Below the pieces are notes generated by a model. The model saw only the letters and a list, made by a program, of their open reading frames with translations. It was not told the DNA's origin and made no database searches. The translations under genes and the position numbers were made by a program. A stretch of 63,120 bases of DNA, the filler included, from Lenisia limosa (lineage: Eukaryota; Protista; Breviatea): the NCBI GenBank assembly GCA_001655205.1. It is 11 parts of 11 records of this genome, joined end to end, with 100 filler letters (N's around TTAATTAATTAA, not from the genome) between each part and the next. Parts side by side here need not be neighbours in the genome. Positions count along the whole stretch, not along the records: positions 1 to 4,884 come from LPNZ01008292.1; positions 4,985 to 12,518 come from LPNZ01008812.1; 9 more parts are not named here. The stretch is one strand, 5' to 3'. This document shows, piece after piece, positions 1 through 11,494 of the stretch; the stretch's first letter is position 1, and every line of letters begins with the position of its first letter.

Positions 1-3000
1 ACCTTGGACGGGGCGGCAGCGTCTTTTGCTGTTGATGCACCAAGAGTTTGGGTGCGGACACCTGTGGAGATTAGCTTTTTACAATATTGCAATAATAATT
101 ATATCATATCTAAATAGACCCTAATAATGATGAAAAAAACGACAAAGAAGAAGAAGACAAAGAAGAACAAAGAACAGAAATACCAGGAAGCATACGAATG
201 TTATCACTGGGATGCGCGGCAATTGGAGTGCTGGTTCTGGGAATATCAGATGAAATAACATAATTAAACAATGTTTTTGAACAAGAGGAAAATATACCTG
301 AGAAACCTGACACAAAAACGAGAAAAAAGGACTCCATACTTGTAGCATTTATACTACNNNNNNNNNNNNNNNNNNNNNNNNNNNNNNNNNNNNNNNNNNN
401 NNNNNNNNNNNNNNNNNNNNNNNNNNNNNNNNNNNNNNNNNNNNNNNNNNNNNNNNNNNNNNNNNNNNNNNNNNNNNNNNNNNNNNNNNNNNNNNNNNNN
501 NNNNNNNNNNNNNNNNNNNNNNNNNNNNNNNNNNNNNNNNNNNNNNNNNNNNNNNNNNNNNNNNNNNNNNNNNNNNNNNNNNNNNNNNNNNNNTATGTGC
601 TCATGCGGTACGCATTACAAAATATATCCTCAAACAAAACAAAACAAAACAAAACAAACAAAACAAAACAAAACAAAACAAAACAAATAAAAACACTTGA
701 AAATACCACAGTAACCACCTCTCCGACTCCGATCCTAAAATTTCCAGAGCTCCCCCCCCCCNNNNNNNNNNNNNNNNNNNNNNNNNNNNNNNNNNNNNNN
801 NNNNNNNNTCTGCAGCACCAACTTTACGATATCCGGGAGGAGGTTGAGGAGGGATGAGAGGCCTTCAGAAGCCTCATCGACCTGAAAACAAGCATTAAAA
901 CCAAGCATTAAGACAGAGCATAAATATCCAGATCGGTCCGAAATTTCATTTTAAGCCTTGTAATACGATGTTAAAGAGCATTTAAAGACATGATGATCAA
1001 ATAAACCGTTTTGACTAAGAAAAAAACAATAACTAGTAATATATCATATTGAATGCTTGTGAGAAAGTAATGACACAACTTGTGCTATTCCAGTTCCTGT
1101 AAAAAGTAAAGCACAGCTGAGTCACTGCTTCCTTTAGTCCCTTATTCAATAGCTACCCCCCCCCTCCCAACATTCTCAAGGCATTGAAAAGTGGTAATCA
1201 AGTCTCCGATTATGGTAACACAGAGATTCGTTTCCTTAGCCGTCTGTGGTGGAGGTAAAATTGGAATTTTATATATAAAAAAAAACAAAGCCTCAGAGTA
1301 TCATTGAGACTTGTCGGTCAATTATCATACGATGGATATGAGGTATCATATCACTGCGTGGAAAATGATAGTTCACACTGTGAAAAAGACACAAAAGTGA
1401 TATGATAGGAGATGAGAGTCAAATGATTGGGAGAATTCATATAACCAAAAAATTTCATCATCTAGAGAAACAACGTATGGGTGGCTTCTCCAGATACCTT
1501 TTTGTATTTATCGTACCCTCCAAAATACTTAGCATGTGATAATGTCACATTTCCACGCTTGATATGCCCCCTATAATGAATCATCCAAGCACCTTGAAGA
1601 GGTGTGTTTTGACGTGTTCGCAGACAATTGGTAGCAATACCCCTCGACAGGTTCTGTCTCTTTATTGATTAGAAAAGCAGCTATCTGTCAATAATCGATA
1701 GGTTATACACTGACCACAATAATTAAGCAATCGTGTCAGGACTTATAGCGGTCATTGTACATACGATAAACATATACTATTACATATTTACGTCTGTATA
1801 ATAATAATTTATCAAAATAGTGGCGGGGTAAGAGAACAAGAACGCAAGATAAAAATGATAAGGCAGAANNNNNNNNNNNNNNNNNNNNNNNNNNNNNNNN
1901 NNNNNNNNNNNNNNNNNNNNNNNNNNNNNNNNNNNNNNNNNNNNNNNNNNNNNNNNNNTCAAAGACAGCTTGTTGTTGGCAATAGTAGACTAAATTTATC
2001 AAAGACAGCTTTTGACTACATTTTCAAGACAGATTGCTTGTACTACAATATTTTAAGACCCTCACAAAATCCCCCATCAAATTGAGATCTTTGTTGAACC
2101 CTTGATAATGATAAAAACACCAAATAGTGACAGAACGGTGTATATATACATAGCACTGAGAATAATACTAATAGAAAAGTTGTATCTGGCCGAAGCCATC
2201 CACACAATCACGCTGATAAGAGATATTGGAATATTATCAGAAAAAAGCGATTGCCCCCCCCCCCCCNNNNNNNNNNNNNNNNNNNNNNNNNNNNNNNNNN
2301 NNNNNNNNNNNNNNNNNNNNNNNNNNNNNNNNNNNNNNNNNNNNNNNNNNNNNNNNNNNNNAACAGCAACATCCTCAAAAACGGTCGTGAGCTCCATCAC
2401 AACGGAAGAGAAATTCTGAATACATGAAACACGACTGGCATTAGAGGGGCATAAACACGACTGGCAGTTATTAGAGTGACATAAACACGACTGGCAGTTA
2501 TTAGAGTGACATAAACACTGACAGTTATTAGAGAACATGAATGGCAGTTATTACAGTAACATGAGAAATGAAAATATATTTTGTTTTGCAACAATTGTAA
2601 AATGGCTAAATAGTAACAAGAAAGCACCATCACGATGTCTAAAAATGATTTAGTATTTCAATTCACCAGTTGTGGGTAGGGCTTTACTTCGGTACGAAAA
2701 AAGACTGGATGTCTCAATAAATCTTCGACAATTATCGATATTTTACCAGTATTTTTCGAAACAAAGTGAAGCCCAAGTTGTGTTTCGGGCGTATCGATCG
2801 ACTATAATTACGGCCTAACTTCGGTTCAAAAAGACTGAATTTCTCGATAAAACCTTGAAAACTATCAATATTTTACTGATCTTTTTCGAGCCAAAGTGAA
2901 GCCCTCAATAGCTAACCTTGAGGGCCATGGCTTTTGCTCCAATAACCCATTCCGGGGAGGTCTTAGCCATGAGCTCGTCAAGACTGTTGAACACCTGGGG

Positions 3001-4868
3001 TTGAGAGGGGGGGGGGGGNNNNNNNNNNNNNNNNNNNNNNNNNNNNNNNNNNNNNNNNNNNNNNNNNNNNNNNNNNNNNNNNNNNNNNNNNNNNNNNNNN
3101 NNNNNNNNNNNNNNNNNNTCACGAACCAAATAATCAGAAACTCCAAACAAACAAACAAAAAAAAGCAATAACAAACACGAGCAACCAACGCTGGGGAGGG
3201 GGGTGTCAAGTGAGCGCACTGGTGGGGTTTTGGAAATTTGTTAACATTAGTACTTTGTGTTATATCATTAAAATGTATAAATGATATACAGTGCATACAA
3301 GGCGGTATGGTGATCTGTTCTCTCCAATTGACTCGATATGCTAGGCTCTGCTCATCAATTACCTCCCCCAATATCCACACCCATGCATAAGTGCTTTTTG
3401 AACAACCCGTACCTCCAATAAGTCCTTTTTGAACTTGGCATCATCGTCCTCGGAGGGGTTGTTGCACTCAGTGTAGATCTTACGGGAAACAATAATCATT
3501 CTGGGGAGGGGGGGGGGGGTNNNNNNNNNNNNNNNNNNNNNNNNNNNNNNNNNNNNNNNNNNNNNNNNNNNNNNNNNNNNNNNNNNNNNNNNNNNNNNNN
3601 NNNNNNNNNNNNNNNNNNNNNNNNNNNNNNNNNNNNNNNNNNNNNNNNNNNNNNNNNNNNNNNGATTGTTAGAATAGATTTACGATTCGGGTGAGTTGGA
3701 TTAATTCTACGTTAATATCAAAAAAGTACTAATACTGTCAAAAAATACACATATACACATGGAATATTATATAATAAAATAATATTATACGTGTATATCA
3801 TGGCTATCATATAATATATGCTATTGTTACATTGAGAATGGTGCGCAATTATTACTTTTACCCATTCTATATAGCAATGAGAAATTAAAAAATAAGGCTG
3901 CATCTGGCCGAAGCCATATCATATAAACCCAGGACGGCAACGAACCGAATGATGTACTCCAGGGCCTTGATGGAGGACCGGATGGCCTTGCCCATTTTCA
4001 TGTCGTCAGACTTGGAGAGGTAGTCCCTGGGGTGTTAATGAAGAGTTGGCAAAGTTAAGAGGCTGTGAATGAAATGAAATGCATAATTAGGGCTCTGTTC
4101 ACTTAATTTTTCAAGAATGTTATAAGACAAAATTAAAAAATAAAGTATCTCACTTCGATTCCCCCCTCCCCCACCTGATGACCGAAACGAGGTGGCGATG
4201 AGCGGTGGGGTACTTGAAGTGCTCCATGATGTAAGCGTCCAGAACTGAGCGGAAGTTGGTGAACTGCGGGGTGAGTAAAATTGGAAAATTTATTAAATAA
4301 AAAAAACCTAAATCAACTTGGGGGGAGGGGGGGGGGTAAAATTGAAAAATATATGAAACAAAAAAAAAAGGGGCTATGGAGAACCTCTGTTGGCTAGCAA
4401 CACACGAGGGTCGAAAACAACCTAACAAACAAAGCCCAGGACAGTCACTTCTGCATCCCCACATCCCATCACTGCAGAATACAAACAGCAACTCACCTTC
4501 GAGGTCTTGGAGTCTACCAAGATGTTAATAACATAGGTGATGGCGTTGAAGACGAGGAACTCAAGATTGTCAATGCCGGATTCCAGGATCGTGAAGAGAG
4601 AGTCGAAAATCTGTGCCAGGAACTAAAGTGTCAGAGGGGGGGGGACAAAATTAAAATATGAAATGTAAATTTTTGCATCTACAGACGTTTTTTTTTAAGA
4701 GCCACTCCAATTTTAGACAAGTTTGTAATTGTTTTGTTTATGAGTATTTCAGCAACCCTACAATAGTATTTAATGGTTACATCACCCCCAACTTTAATGA
4801 TATCGACAGGGGGTGCGTAGGTGAATCGGTTCAGGGTAGAGGGAAGGTTCGTTTTGGGGTCTTTCCAG
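1..4868 (-). CDS. DOCK-family (DOCK1-5-like) Rac GEF, internal multi-exon fragment
   Basis: GT-AG-bounded exons splice to WKDPKTNLPSTLNRFTYAPPVDIIK / FLAQIFDSLFTILESGIDNLEFLVFNAITYVINILVDSKTSK / FTNFRSVLDAYIMEHFKYPTAHRHLVSVIR / DYLSKSDDMKMGKAIRSSIKALEYIIRFVAVL / TCRGVLLPIVCEHVKTHLFK. This resembles the armadillo region after DHR-1 in DOCK proteins (KFLQDxLDALF...FxxFxPVLxxYIxxHF...KALEYIFKFI), recalled from memory. Confidence 0.8.
631..686 (+). repeat. (AAAAC)n microsatellite in DOCK intron
   Basis: About 11 imperfect AAAAC units read directly. Confidence 0.9.
2182..2240 (+). repeat. Dispersed repeat family C (TCTGGCCGAAGCC...), left part
   Basis: GTATCTGGCCGAAGCCATCCACACAATCACGCTGATAAGAGATATTGG. 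Related copies near 3900, 5805, 13785, 17370, 22570, 43975, 51495, 55713, 56030 and 62777. Confidence 0.8.
2425..2562 (+). repeat. About 30-bp minisatellite in DOCK intron
   Basis: ATAAACACGACTGGCAGTTATTAGAGTGAC, two near-perfect plus degenerate copies. Confidence 0.85.
2679..2774. mobile_element. MITE family A (about 95 bp, TIR GGGCTTCACTTCGGTTCGAAAAA)
   Basis: Ends GGGCTTTACTTCGGTACGAAAAA...TTTTTCGAAACAAAGTGAAGCCC are inverted repeats; TA at the left flank; non-coding. Confidence 0.8.
2812..2904. mobile_element. MITE family A, second adjacent copy
   Basis: Same internal sequence and right TIR ...CCAAAGTGAAGCCC. Confidence 0.75.
4264..4470 (-). repeat. Repeat family B forming the 3' part and acceptor of a DOCK intron
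   Basis: Minus strand reads ...CCTGGGCTTTGTTTG...GCCAACAGAG...AATTTTCCAATTTTACTCACCCCGCAG, then exon FTNFRSV. Confidence 0.8.
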
Positions 4869-4884
4869 CTGAGGGGGGGGGGGG

Positions 4885-4984
4885 NNNNNNNNNNNNNNNN
4901 NNNNNNNNNNNNNNNNNNNNNNNNNNNNTTAATTAATTAANNNNNNNNNNNNNNNNNNNNNNNNNNNNNNNNNNNNNNNNNNNN
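4885..4984. other. Artificial scaffold-joining linker, first of 10
   Basis: 44 N + TTAATTAATTAA (stops in all six frames) + 44 N. The 12-mer recurs at 4929, 12563, 15920, 22767, 27250, 41474, 44029, 46494, 56664 and 61588. Confidence 0.97.
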
Positions 4985-5150
4985 GGGGATAAAATTGGAA
5001 AATTTATGATCCAGATATGGCCCAAAATCAACTCTGCTGGCTGACAACACAAGAGGGTTAATGGTTGAGAACAACAATACAGCGTGTGACAACACACGAG
5101 TGTTGAGAACAACAAGAAATATGATAGGGGAGGGATGACCTGAAAAACAC
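4985..5150 (-). repeat. Repeat family B copy at scaffold start
   Basis: GGGGATAAAATTGGAAAATTTATGA...AAAATCAACTCTGCTGGCTGACAACAC matches the reverse complement of the family consensus. Confidence 0.7.
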
Positions 5151-5158
5151 TGCACCTA

Positions 5159-5242
5159 GGGCTTCACTTTGGTTTGAAAAAAGACTGAATTTCTCGATAA
5201 ATCCTCGAAAATTATCGGTATTGTCGAACCGGAGCGAAACAC
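5159..5242. mobile_element. MITE family A, internally deleted copy
   Basis: TA-GGGCTTCACTTTGGTTTGAAAAAAGACTGAATTTCTCGATAAATCCTCG... Confidence 0.7.
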
Positions 5243-5319
5243 TAATTGCACCCACACACCCCAATCAACAATAGAGTGACCGCATTTCAACTCCCCCGCT
5301 CCTCATATTTTTAAAAATA

Positions 5320-5478
5320 CACTGACCGGGATAAGTCTTGACCTATTTCCTTGGGAAATCACATAGCAAATCGGTCAAGACTTATCCCGATCACTGTATA
5401 TTACATAGCAAATGGGTCAAGACTTATCCCGATCACTGTATATTACATATCAAATCGGTCAAGACTTATCCCGGTCAA
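5320..5478. mobile_element. Tc1/mariner-type MITE (77 bp) followed by two tandem re-duplications of its right end
   Basis: TA-CACTGACCGGGATAAGTCTTGACC...GGTCAAGACTTATCCCGATCACTG-TA at 5320-5396: about 24-bp TIRs and TA flanks. The right roughly 43 bp repeats twice more. Confidence 0.8.
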
Positions 5479-6063
5479 TGGACTCCATCCACCCCCCTCC
5501 CCACTCTGAAAGGCACAGTGAAGGTATCACCGGCCTTGGCGTTACTGCCCAAAAAGAGCTTTTTAGCCACCATTCGAAGGGTACCCGTTTTTTCCTTCTG
5601 TGGTCCCCCGAATTCTGCTGAGCCACCTATGCAAAAGTTAGAATATGGTATAATTGGGATATATAAGACCAAAGCCTTCCAAATAAAGCAAAAGAGATTT
5701 TATGTTACAACTTGGGTTTTAAACAAAAGCACAAAAGACAATCTCACATTATATAGAATAAGTGGAAATGAGAAATTAAAACAGGAAGTTCTTACCAATG
5801 CCGTCCACACAATCACAATTATAAGAATACTTGACTGTAGTTGTAATACTGAAAGAGGCGTTCAAAGATAATATTCAAAGGGCAAAGAGAAGAATAATCA
5901 AAGAAGCAAAAAGGTCAGAATGAAAGCTACGAAAGCATAAGACATAAAAATGCAAAGGACACCTTTTCAGACACTTTAATTTTCCGTTTCCGGCAAATAT
6001 TCATCGAGTCAAACTTTACTATACGGTAACTATTTGTAATTCTTCCCTGTAAAACCCTTCCCC

Positions 6064-6109
6064 AAGACAACTGGACTAGTCACTGTATACAAAAATGCAG
6101 TAAAAGCGG
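6064..6109 (+). repeat. Left 46-bp direct repeat
   Basis: AAGACAACTGGACTAGTCACTGTATACAAAAATGCAGTAAAAGCGG; 44/46 identical to 11495-11540. Confidence 0.9.
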
Positions 6110-6232
6110 GTGTTGAGGTTTCAGATTTCCTACTTTATCTAATGAATGGTTTAATAACTATGATATTGCAGATATTGATTATGATAATAATATGTTGAAA
6201 TCAAAAAAAAATTATTTTGATAGTAAAAAAGT

Positions 6233-6935
6233 TTGAGGTACATTTATAACTATGGTACCAACACTCGTGAGAAGATGTTTGGATGCGAGGATCCTAACTT
6301 GTCTAAGATTGAACGTGACTCACCTTTTCAGTTACCGATCACTGACAAGAATCTGTACAATACAAAAGGTGTAAACTTGCTTAAAATGTTAATTAGGTGT
6401 GAACCTAATAACAATACTTTTGGAAAAAAAAAATGTAGTGACTTTTTCACAGGTATTCTTAATGGCGCTAAGCCTAAATCTCTTGTAAAATTGTAATGGC
6501 TATTTTTCATATCCCTTCATTGTTGTAGGTAAACATTCATATCCTACTGACTTTGTTCCTCATGCTTCTTACGTATACTTCTACAAAACCGACGATAAAA
6601 AAGCTGGAGATATGATTATCGCTACCGAAGTGTATAGTGACACTATTGGTGTTGGCTCTTTCTCTGCCTATGTTAATGGGCAATGCTATGCTACTAAGGC
6701 ATCTACTACTAACACTCTTACTGCTGTTACTAACATGAAAAACCCTAGGCACACTGTTGCTGATGGATTATTATACTTCTTTAAAGTAGGTATAACTATA
6801 TTAATGCTAATTATACTGGTAAAATCAATCATGATAACTTAAAAAATAATAAGTATGCACCTATTGACGTACAACAGATCGATCCTGGTACCAACACTCG
6901 TGAGAAGATGTTTGGATGCGAGGGTCCTAACTTGA
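6233..6935 (+). pseudogene. Frameshifted AT-rich, intronless ORF of unknown family; template of the tandem array
   Basis: LRYIYNYGTNTREKMFGCEDPNLSKIERD...KPKSLV, frameshift near 6488, then CNGYFSYPFIVVGKHSYPTDFVPHASYVYFYKTDDKKAGDMIIATEVYSDTIGVGSFSAYVNGQCYATKA...LLYFFKVG, frameshift near 6792, then NYINANYTGKINHDNLKNNKYAPIDVQQIDPGTNTREKMFGCEGPNL. Confidence 0.6.
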
Positions 6936-8297
6936 TTGAACGTCCTTATAAAGAATATATGGTGACAATCGCTTTTCTTCATATCCCTTCATTGTTGTAG
7001 GTAAACGTTCATATCCTACTGGCTTTATTCCTCATGCTTCTTTCGTATATATCTACAAAACCGACGANNNNNNNNNNGAAAAAGCTGGAGGTATGATTAT
7101 CGCTACCGAAGTGTTTATTGACACTATTGGCGTTGGCTCTTTCTCTGCCTATGTTAATGGGCAATGCTATGCTACTAAGGCATCTACTACTAACACTCTT
7201 AATGCTGTTGCTAAAATGAAAAACCCTAGGCACACACTTCTTTAAAGTAGGTAATAACTATCCTTATAAAGAATATATGGTGACAATCGCAATTCTTCAT
7301 ATACCTTCATTGCTGTAGATAAAGATTCAAATCCTACTGGCTTTGTTCCTCATGCTTCTTTCGTATATATCTACAAAACCGACGATAAAAAAGCGGGAGG
7401 TATGATTATCTCCACCGAAGTGTTTATTGACATTTTTGGCGTTGGCTCTTTCTCAGCCTATGTTAATGGGCAATGCTATGCTACTAAGGCATCTACTACT
7501 AACACTCTTAATGCTGTTACTAACATGAAAAACCCTAGGCACACACTTCTTTAAAGTAGGTAATAACTATATTAATGCTAATTACACTGGCAAAATCAAT
7601 CATGATAACTTAAAAAATAATAAGTATACACCTATTGACATACAACAGATCGATCCTGGTAGAAACACTCGTGAGAAGATGTTTGGATGCGAGGGTCCTA
7701 ACTTGTCTAAGATTGAACGTCCTTATAAAGAATATATGGTGACAATCGCTATTCTTCATATACCTTCATTGTTGTAGATAAACATTCATATCCTACTGGC
7801 TTTGTTCCTCATGCTTCTTTCGTATATATCTACAAAACCGACGATAAAAAAGCGGGAGGTATGATTATCTCCACCGAAGTGTTTATTGACATTTTTGGCG
7901 TTGGCTCTTTCTCAGCCTATGTTAATGGGCAATGCTATGCTACTAAGGCATCTACTACTAACACTCTTAATGCTGTTACTAACATGAAAAACCCTAGGCA
8001 CACACTTCTTTAAAGTAGGTAATAACTATATTAATGCTAATTACACTGGAAAAATCAATCATGATAACTTAAAAAATAATAGGTATACACCTATTGACGT
8101 ACAACAGATCGATCCTGGTAGAAACACTCGTGAGAAGATGTTTGGATGCGAGGGTCCTAACTAAGATTGAACGTCCTTATAAAGAATATATGGTGACAAT
8201 CGCTCTTCTTCATATACCTTCATTGTTGTAGAAAAACATTCAAATCCTACTGGCTTTGTTCCTCATGCTTCTTTCGTATATATCTACAAAACCGACG
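6255..8297 (+). repeat. Tandem array 1 (units of about 633, 316 and 459 bp)
   Basis: Marker ACACTCGTGAGAAGATGTTTGGATGCGAG at 6261, 6894, 7665 and 8124. Short units lack about 143 bp. Confidence 0.92.
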
Positions 8298-8322
8298 NNN
8301 NNNNNNNGGTAAAAAAAAAATT

Positions 8323-10580
8323 ATGGTTCCAATTATCAGTGTTGTTTTTGGAGTCACAACTTTAGAAAAATCTGGAGCGTTTACCTTCAACAGCTCCATG
8401 AAAGTGTTCAATCCTGCTTCCCTTGACAAAGACTGGCCAATGTTGCTCTCCTTTCAGGATGCCTCAGAGCAGTCGGAGCAAGGATGGGTTGACCTTTCCG
8501 GTTAGTGGGTGGTTCATTAGCTACTAAATTCTTTTTTTGTTTTTGTTTTGTTTTTGTTTTGTTTTCAAGACACAGGAGAACTGGCAACAACTGGAGAAAT
8601 GGATAAGCACTCCGAAGTGTATCAGGAACGCCGCGTAGGTCGAGTATACTCTCAATATAAATCTGTGACTTCTTTTAATTGTAGTTTAGAAAGTCAAACA
8701 TGTTCGGGACAGATTGCACACTTTTCTGGTGAGACAAGAGGCTTGCGGAGACGACGTCTCTAGATTAGGGATGTTGAAGTACCTTCAAGTAGTACTGCGC
8801 GGAAGTTCTGCTTTCGCCAATCTCTTATTGGGGTACTTGACTTCAAGATCATCGGCCGGGGTGGGCTAATCAACCTACATGATTGTTTAGCATATAGTAC
8901 AGTCATTAGAAGAAAGAGTAACTTCATTAGGCTGCAGCGTTGAGGTCGGAGATCGCACTTCTTTCAAAATTGTTTACATGGGCACATTTGCCAGTCGAGG
9001 CCATTGCAAAAGCAATGGCCCTACCTGCATACAAGGCCCGGTTTGACGACCTGTTTTGTGAGTCTACCAAGTTGTCAAGAGAGGTTTGTGGAAGTCCAAT
9101 TCAGTAACATTTAGCGCTCTCTCAACCTTAATCTGTCCAGAAATTCAACAGAAAACGAGATAGCGCAGTGGCTAAGATTGAGGACGGCATCCTTCCTACT
9201 AGGGACGAGCTCCCAGCGGGAGGCGGAGAACCTCCTTTGACAGGTTCAGAATATGTGAGGTATGCTAGAGACAGATCTTAGATATCTTACAATTTGTCAA
9301 CCTAATGGTTAAAGACTGTTATCAATTATTGAAATGCTGCCACTCGGCAATGAGGTGGTACCGTTTACAACCACCGTGTCAAGAGCCGCATACTTAGTTG
9401 GTTGGAATACCACAATGTTTGCCTTACTCTGGCCCCACAGTTATACATTATCACAATTGTCAATCACATTTGCAGGCAATGTTAGCTATGACCGGTGAAG
9501 ACGGATCACGTCTAAGCAGCCAACAGACTATTTTAATTCTATCCGACTTGTCTTTTGACAGTGATCACCTTCTGACGGTTTGCTACAGGCCAGTAGACAG
9601 CGGAAACAAGACAGCAACACGTGAAAAAGGTCAGATCACGGCATTTGAAATAACACTCCAGGTAGTTACACGTTTTCGGCTATGACAAGTGAAGCTGTAT
9701 GGAGATACCTTTGGTATCGTGTCAAAGATCCCGAGCTAGTGGGGTCTTCAGCTCCGTCACATCAAAGTTTCCTGTTTCCCGACTTGTCCTCAGGAAGAGT
9801 GGTTAATGGATTCGCTAAAAGCACGAGTTCCCGAATTGAGCGATTTTTCCGTCGGATTTTTGACCACGCCGGAATGATATACCACGGACCGCATTCATTA
9901 AAAAAAATGAACGTCGAAGCCAGCAAGGCCGCAGTTGCTGACGGAGTTCCTGAAATTATACAGTTTGCTATTTTGGATGATATTTACGACCATTGTAAAG
10001 ATTTTGACACTACTTGAATTTCATCTAATTCTCTAGGCAGTTATCTTGGAAGCCGTTGACGGCTGATACTCTTCTCCGAAGGTACACTGGAATATCGATC
10101 AGGGACATGTTTATTCGTTATGCGGCGGAAGTCGGGTTGTACCCTTCTCCTGAAGAGGTATTTCCCAGCCAGGTGCCTCCAATTCCGACTACCAAATTGG
10201 ACACGCTCACCCCACCACCAGCGAATCCTGACAGTGCACTACTGCAACAACTGTTAGGCATCACTCCAGGTATGGGTACAAGCTTGCCGATGCCGACATT
10301 TAACGATATGTCAAATGGCCTTGATAGGATCTACTGCGAGTACGAGTGGCACGCTGACAATGGAACGCTAACTCCGCGACTGTCGGGAGACTTTAGGCGA
10401 GTCCATATCGGTGTTCTCGCATATTCTGGTGTGGAGGGCTTCATGACAACCTACAAGAATCACTACCCTGACTGCCTACCTGTTTCTAAACACAGAGTAA
10501 TCAAGTTTGTGGAGGCCACGGTCAACCCTCGGACAATGACTGTTGAGCTTCATAAGTCAAGGAAAAAGCCTCGAACTTAA
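8323..10580 (+). CDS. Intron-containing tyrosine recombinase (Crypton-like), 9 exons, 588 aa
   Basis: Exons 8323-8500, 8570-8634, 8690-8860, 8931-9083, 9141-9259, 9315-9396, 9476-9629, 9662-9962, 10037-10580; all introns GT-AG; 1767 nt with no internal stop. Motifs: RAAYLAMLAMTGEDGSRLS, NKTAT, EAVWRYLWYR, SFLFP, RRIFDHAGMIYHGPHSLKK, IIQQLSWKPLTADTLLRRY. The start codon is uncertain (8323 or 8398). Confidence 0.75.
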
Positions 10581-10597
10581 ATGTTTTTTCCTTCTAC

Positions 10598-11409
10598 ACA
10601 CTATTGGCGTTGGCTCTTTCACTGCCTATGTTAATGGGCAATGCTATGCTACTAAGGCATCTACTACTAACACTCTTAATGCTGTTACTAACATGAAAAA
10701 CCCTAGGCACACACTTCTTTAAAGTAGGTAATAACTATCCTTATAAAGAATATATGGTGACAATCGCTATTCTTCATATACCTTCATTGCTGTAGATAAA
10801 GATTCAAATCCTACTGGCTTTGTTCCTCATGCTTCTTTCGTATATATCTACAAAACCGACGATAAAAAAGCGGGAGGTATAATTATCGCTACCGAAGTGT
10901 TTATTGACACTATTGGCGTTGGCTCTTTCTCTGCCTATGTTNNNNNNNNNNNNNNNNNNNNNNNNNNNNNNNNNNNNNNNNNNNNNNNNNNNNNNNNNNN
11001 NNNNNNNNNNNNNNNNNNNNNNNNNNNNNNNNNNNNNNNNNNNNNNNNNNNNNNNNNNNNNNNNNNNNNNNNNNNNNNNNNNNNNNNNNNNNNNNNNNNN
11101 NAAAAAAGCTGGAGGTATGATTATCGCTACCGAAGTGTATACTGACACTATTGGTGTTGGCTCTTTCTCTGCCTATGTTAATGGGCAATGCTATGCTACT
11201 AAGGCATCTACTACTAACACTCTTAATGCTGTTACTAACATGAAAAACCCTAGGCACACACTTCTTTAAAGTAGGTAATAACTATCCTTATAAAGAATAT
11301 ATGGTGACAATCGCTATTCTTCACATCCCTTCATTGTTGTAGGTAAACATTCATATCCTACTGGCTTTATTCCTCATGCTTCTTTCGTATATATCTACAA
11401 AACCGACGA
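10598..11409 (+). repeat. Tandem array 2, same unit and orientation as array 1
   Basis: Begins mid-unit about 18 bp after the YR stop with no gap at this junction; short-type units; internal gap 10942-11101. Confidence 0.92.
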
Positions 11410-11494
11410 NNNNNNNNNNGAGGAATTAGAATCTGGTCCAGTTCATATTATGCGTCCATATCTTGATGAAAATCAAGAAGTTCGGAACATTGTT

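Noticed and set aside
110-718. Long ORFs rich in X, such as 110-718 and 16184-16879
   Set aside because: Their length comes from N runs and microsatellites, not coding signal.
4929-4940. TTAATTAATTAA recurring ten times as a biological motif
   Set aside because: Always centred in exactly 44+44 N; it is a six-frame stop spacer added when scaffolds were concatenated.
8829-8935. DIRS-type methyltransferase remnant (WANxP-like reading)
   Set aside because: That frame is full of stops, and the region is better explained as YR exon 3 plus intron 8861-8930. No RT or RNase H seen.
9398-10580. YR pseudogene broken by frameshifts (ORFs 9398, 9682, 10056)
   Set aside because: Each apparent frameshift is resolved by a canonical GT-AG intron.
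6255-11409. CRISPR array
   Set aside because: Units are 316-633 bp and similar along their whole length, with no unique spacers and no cas genes.
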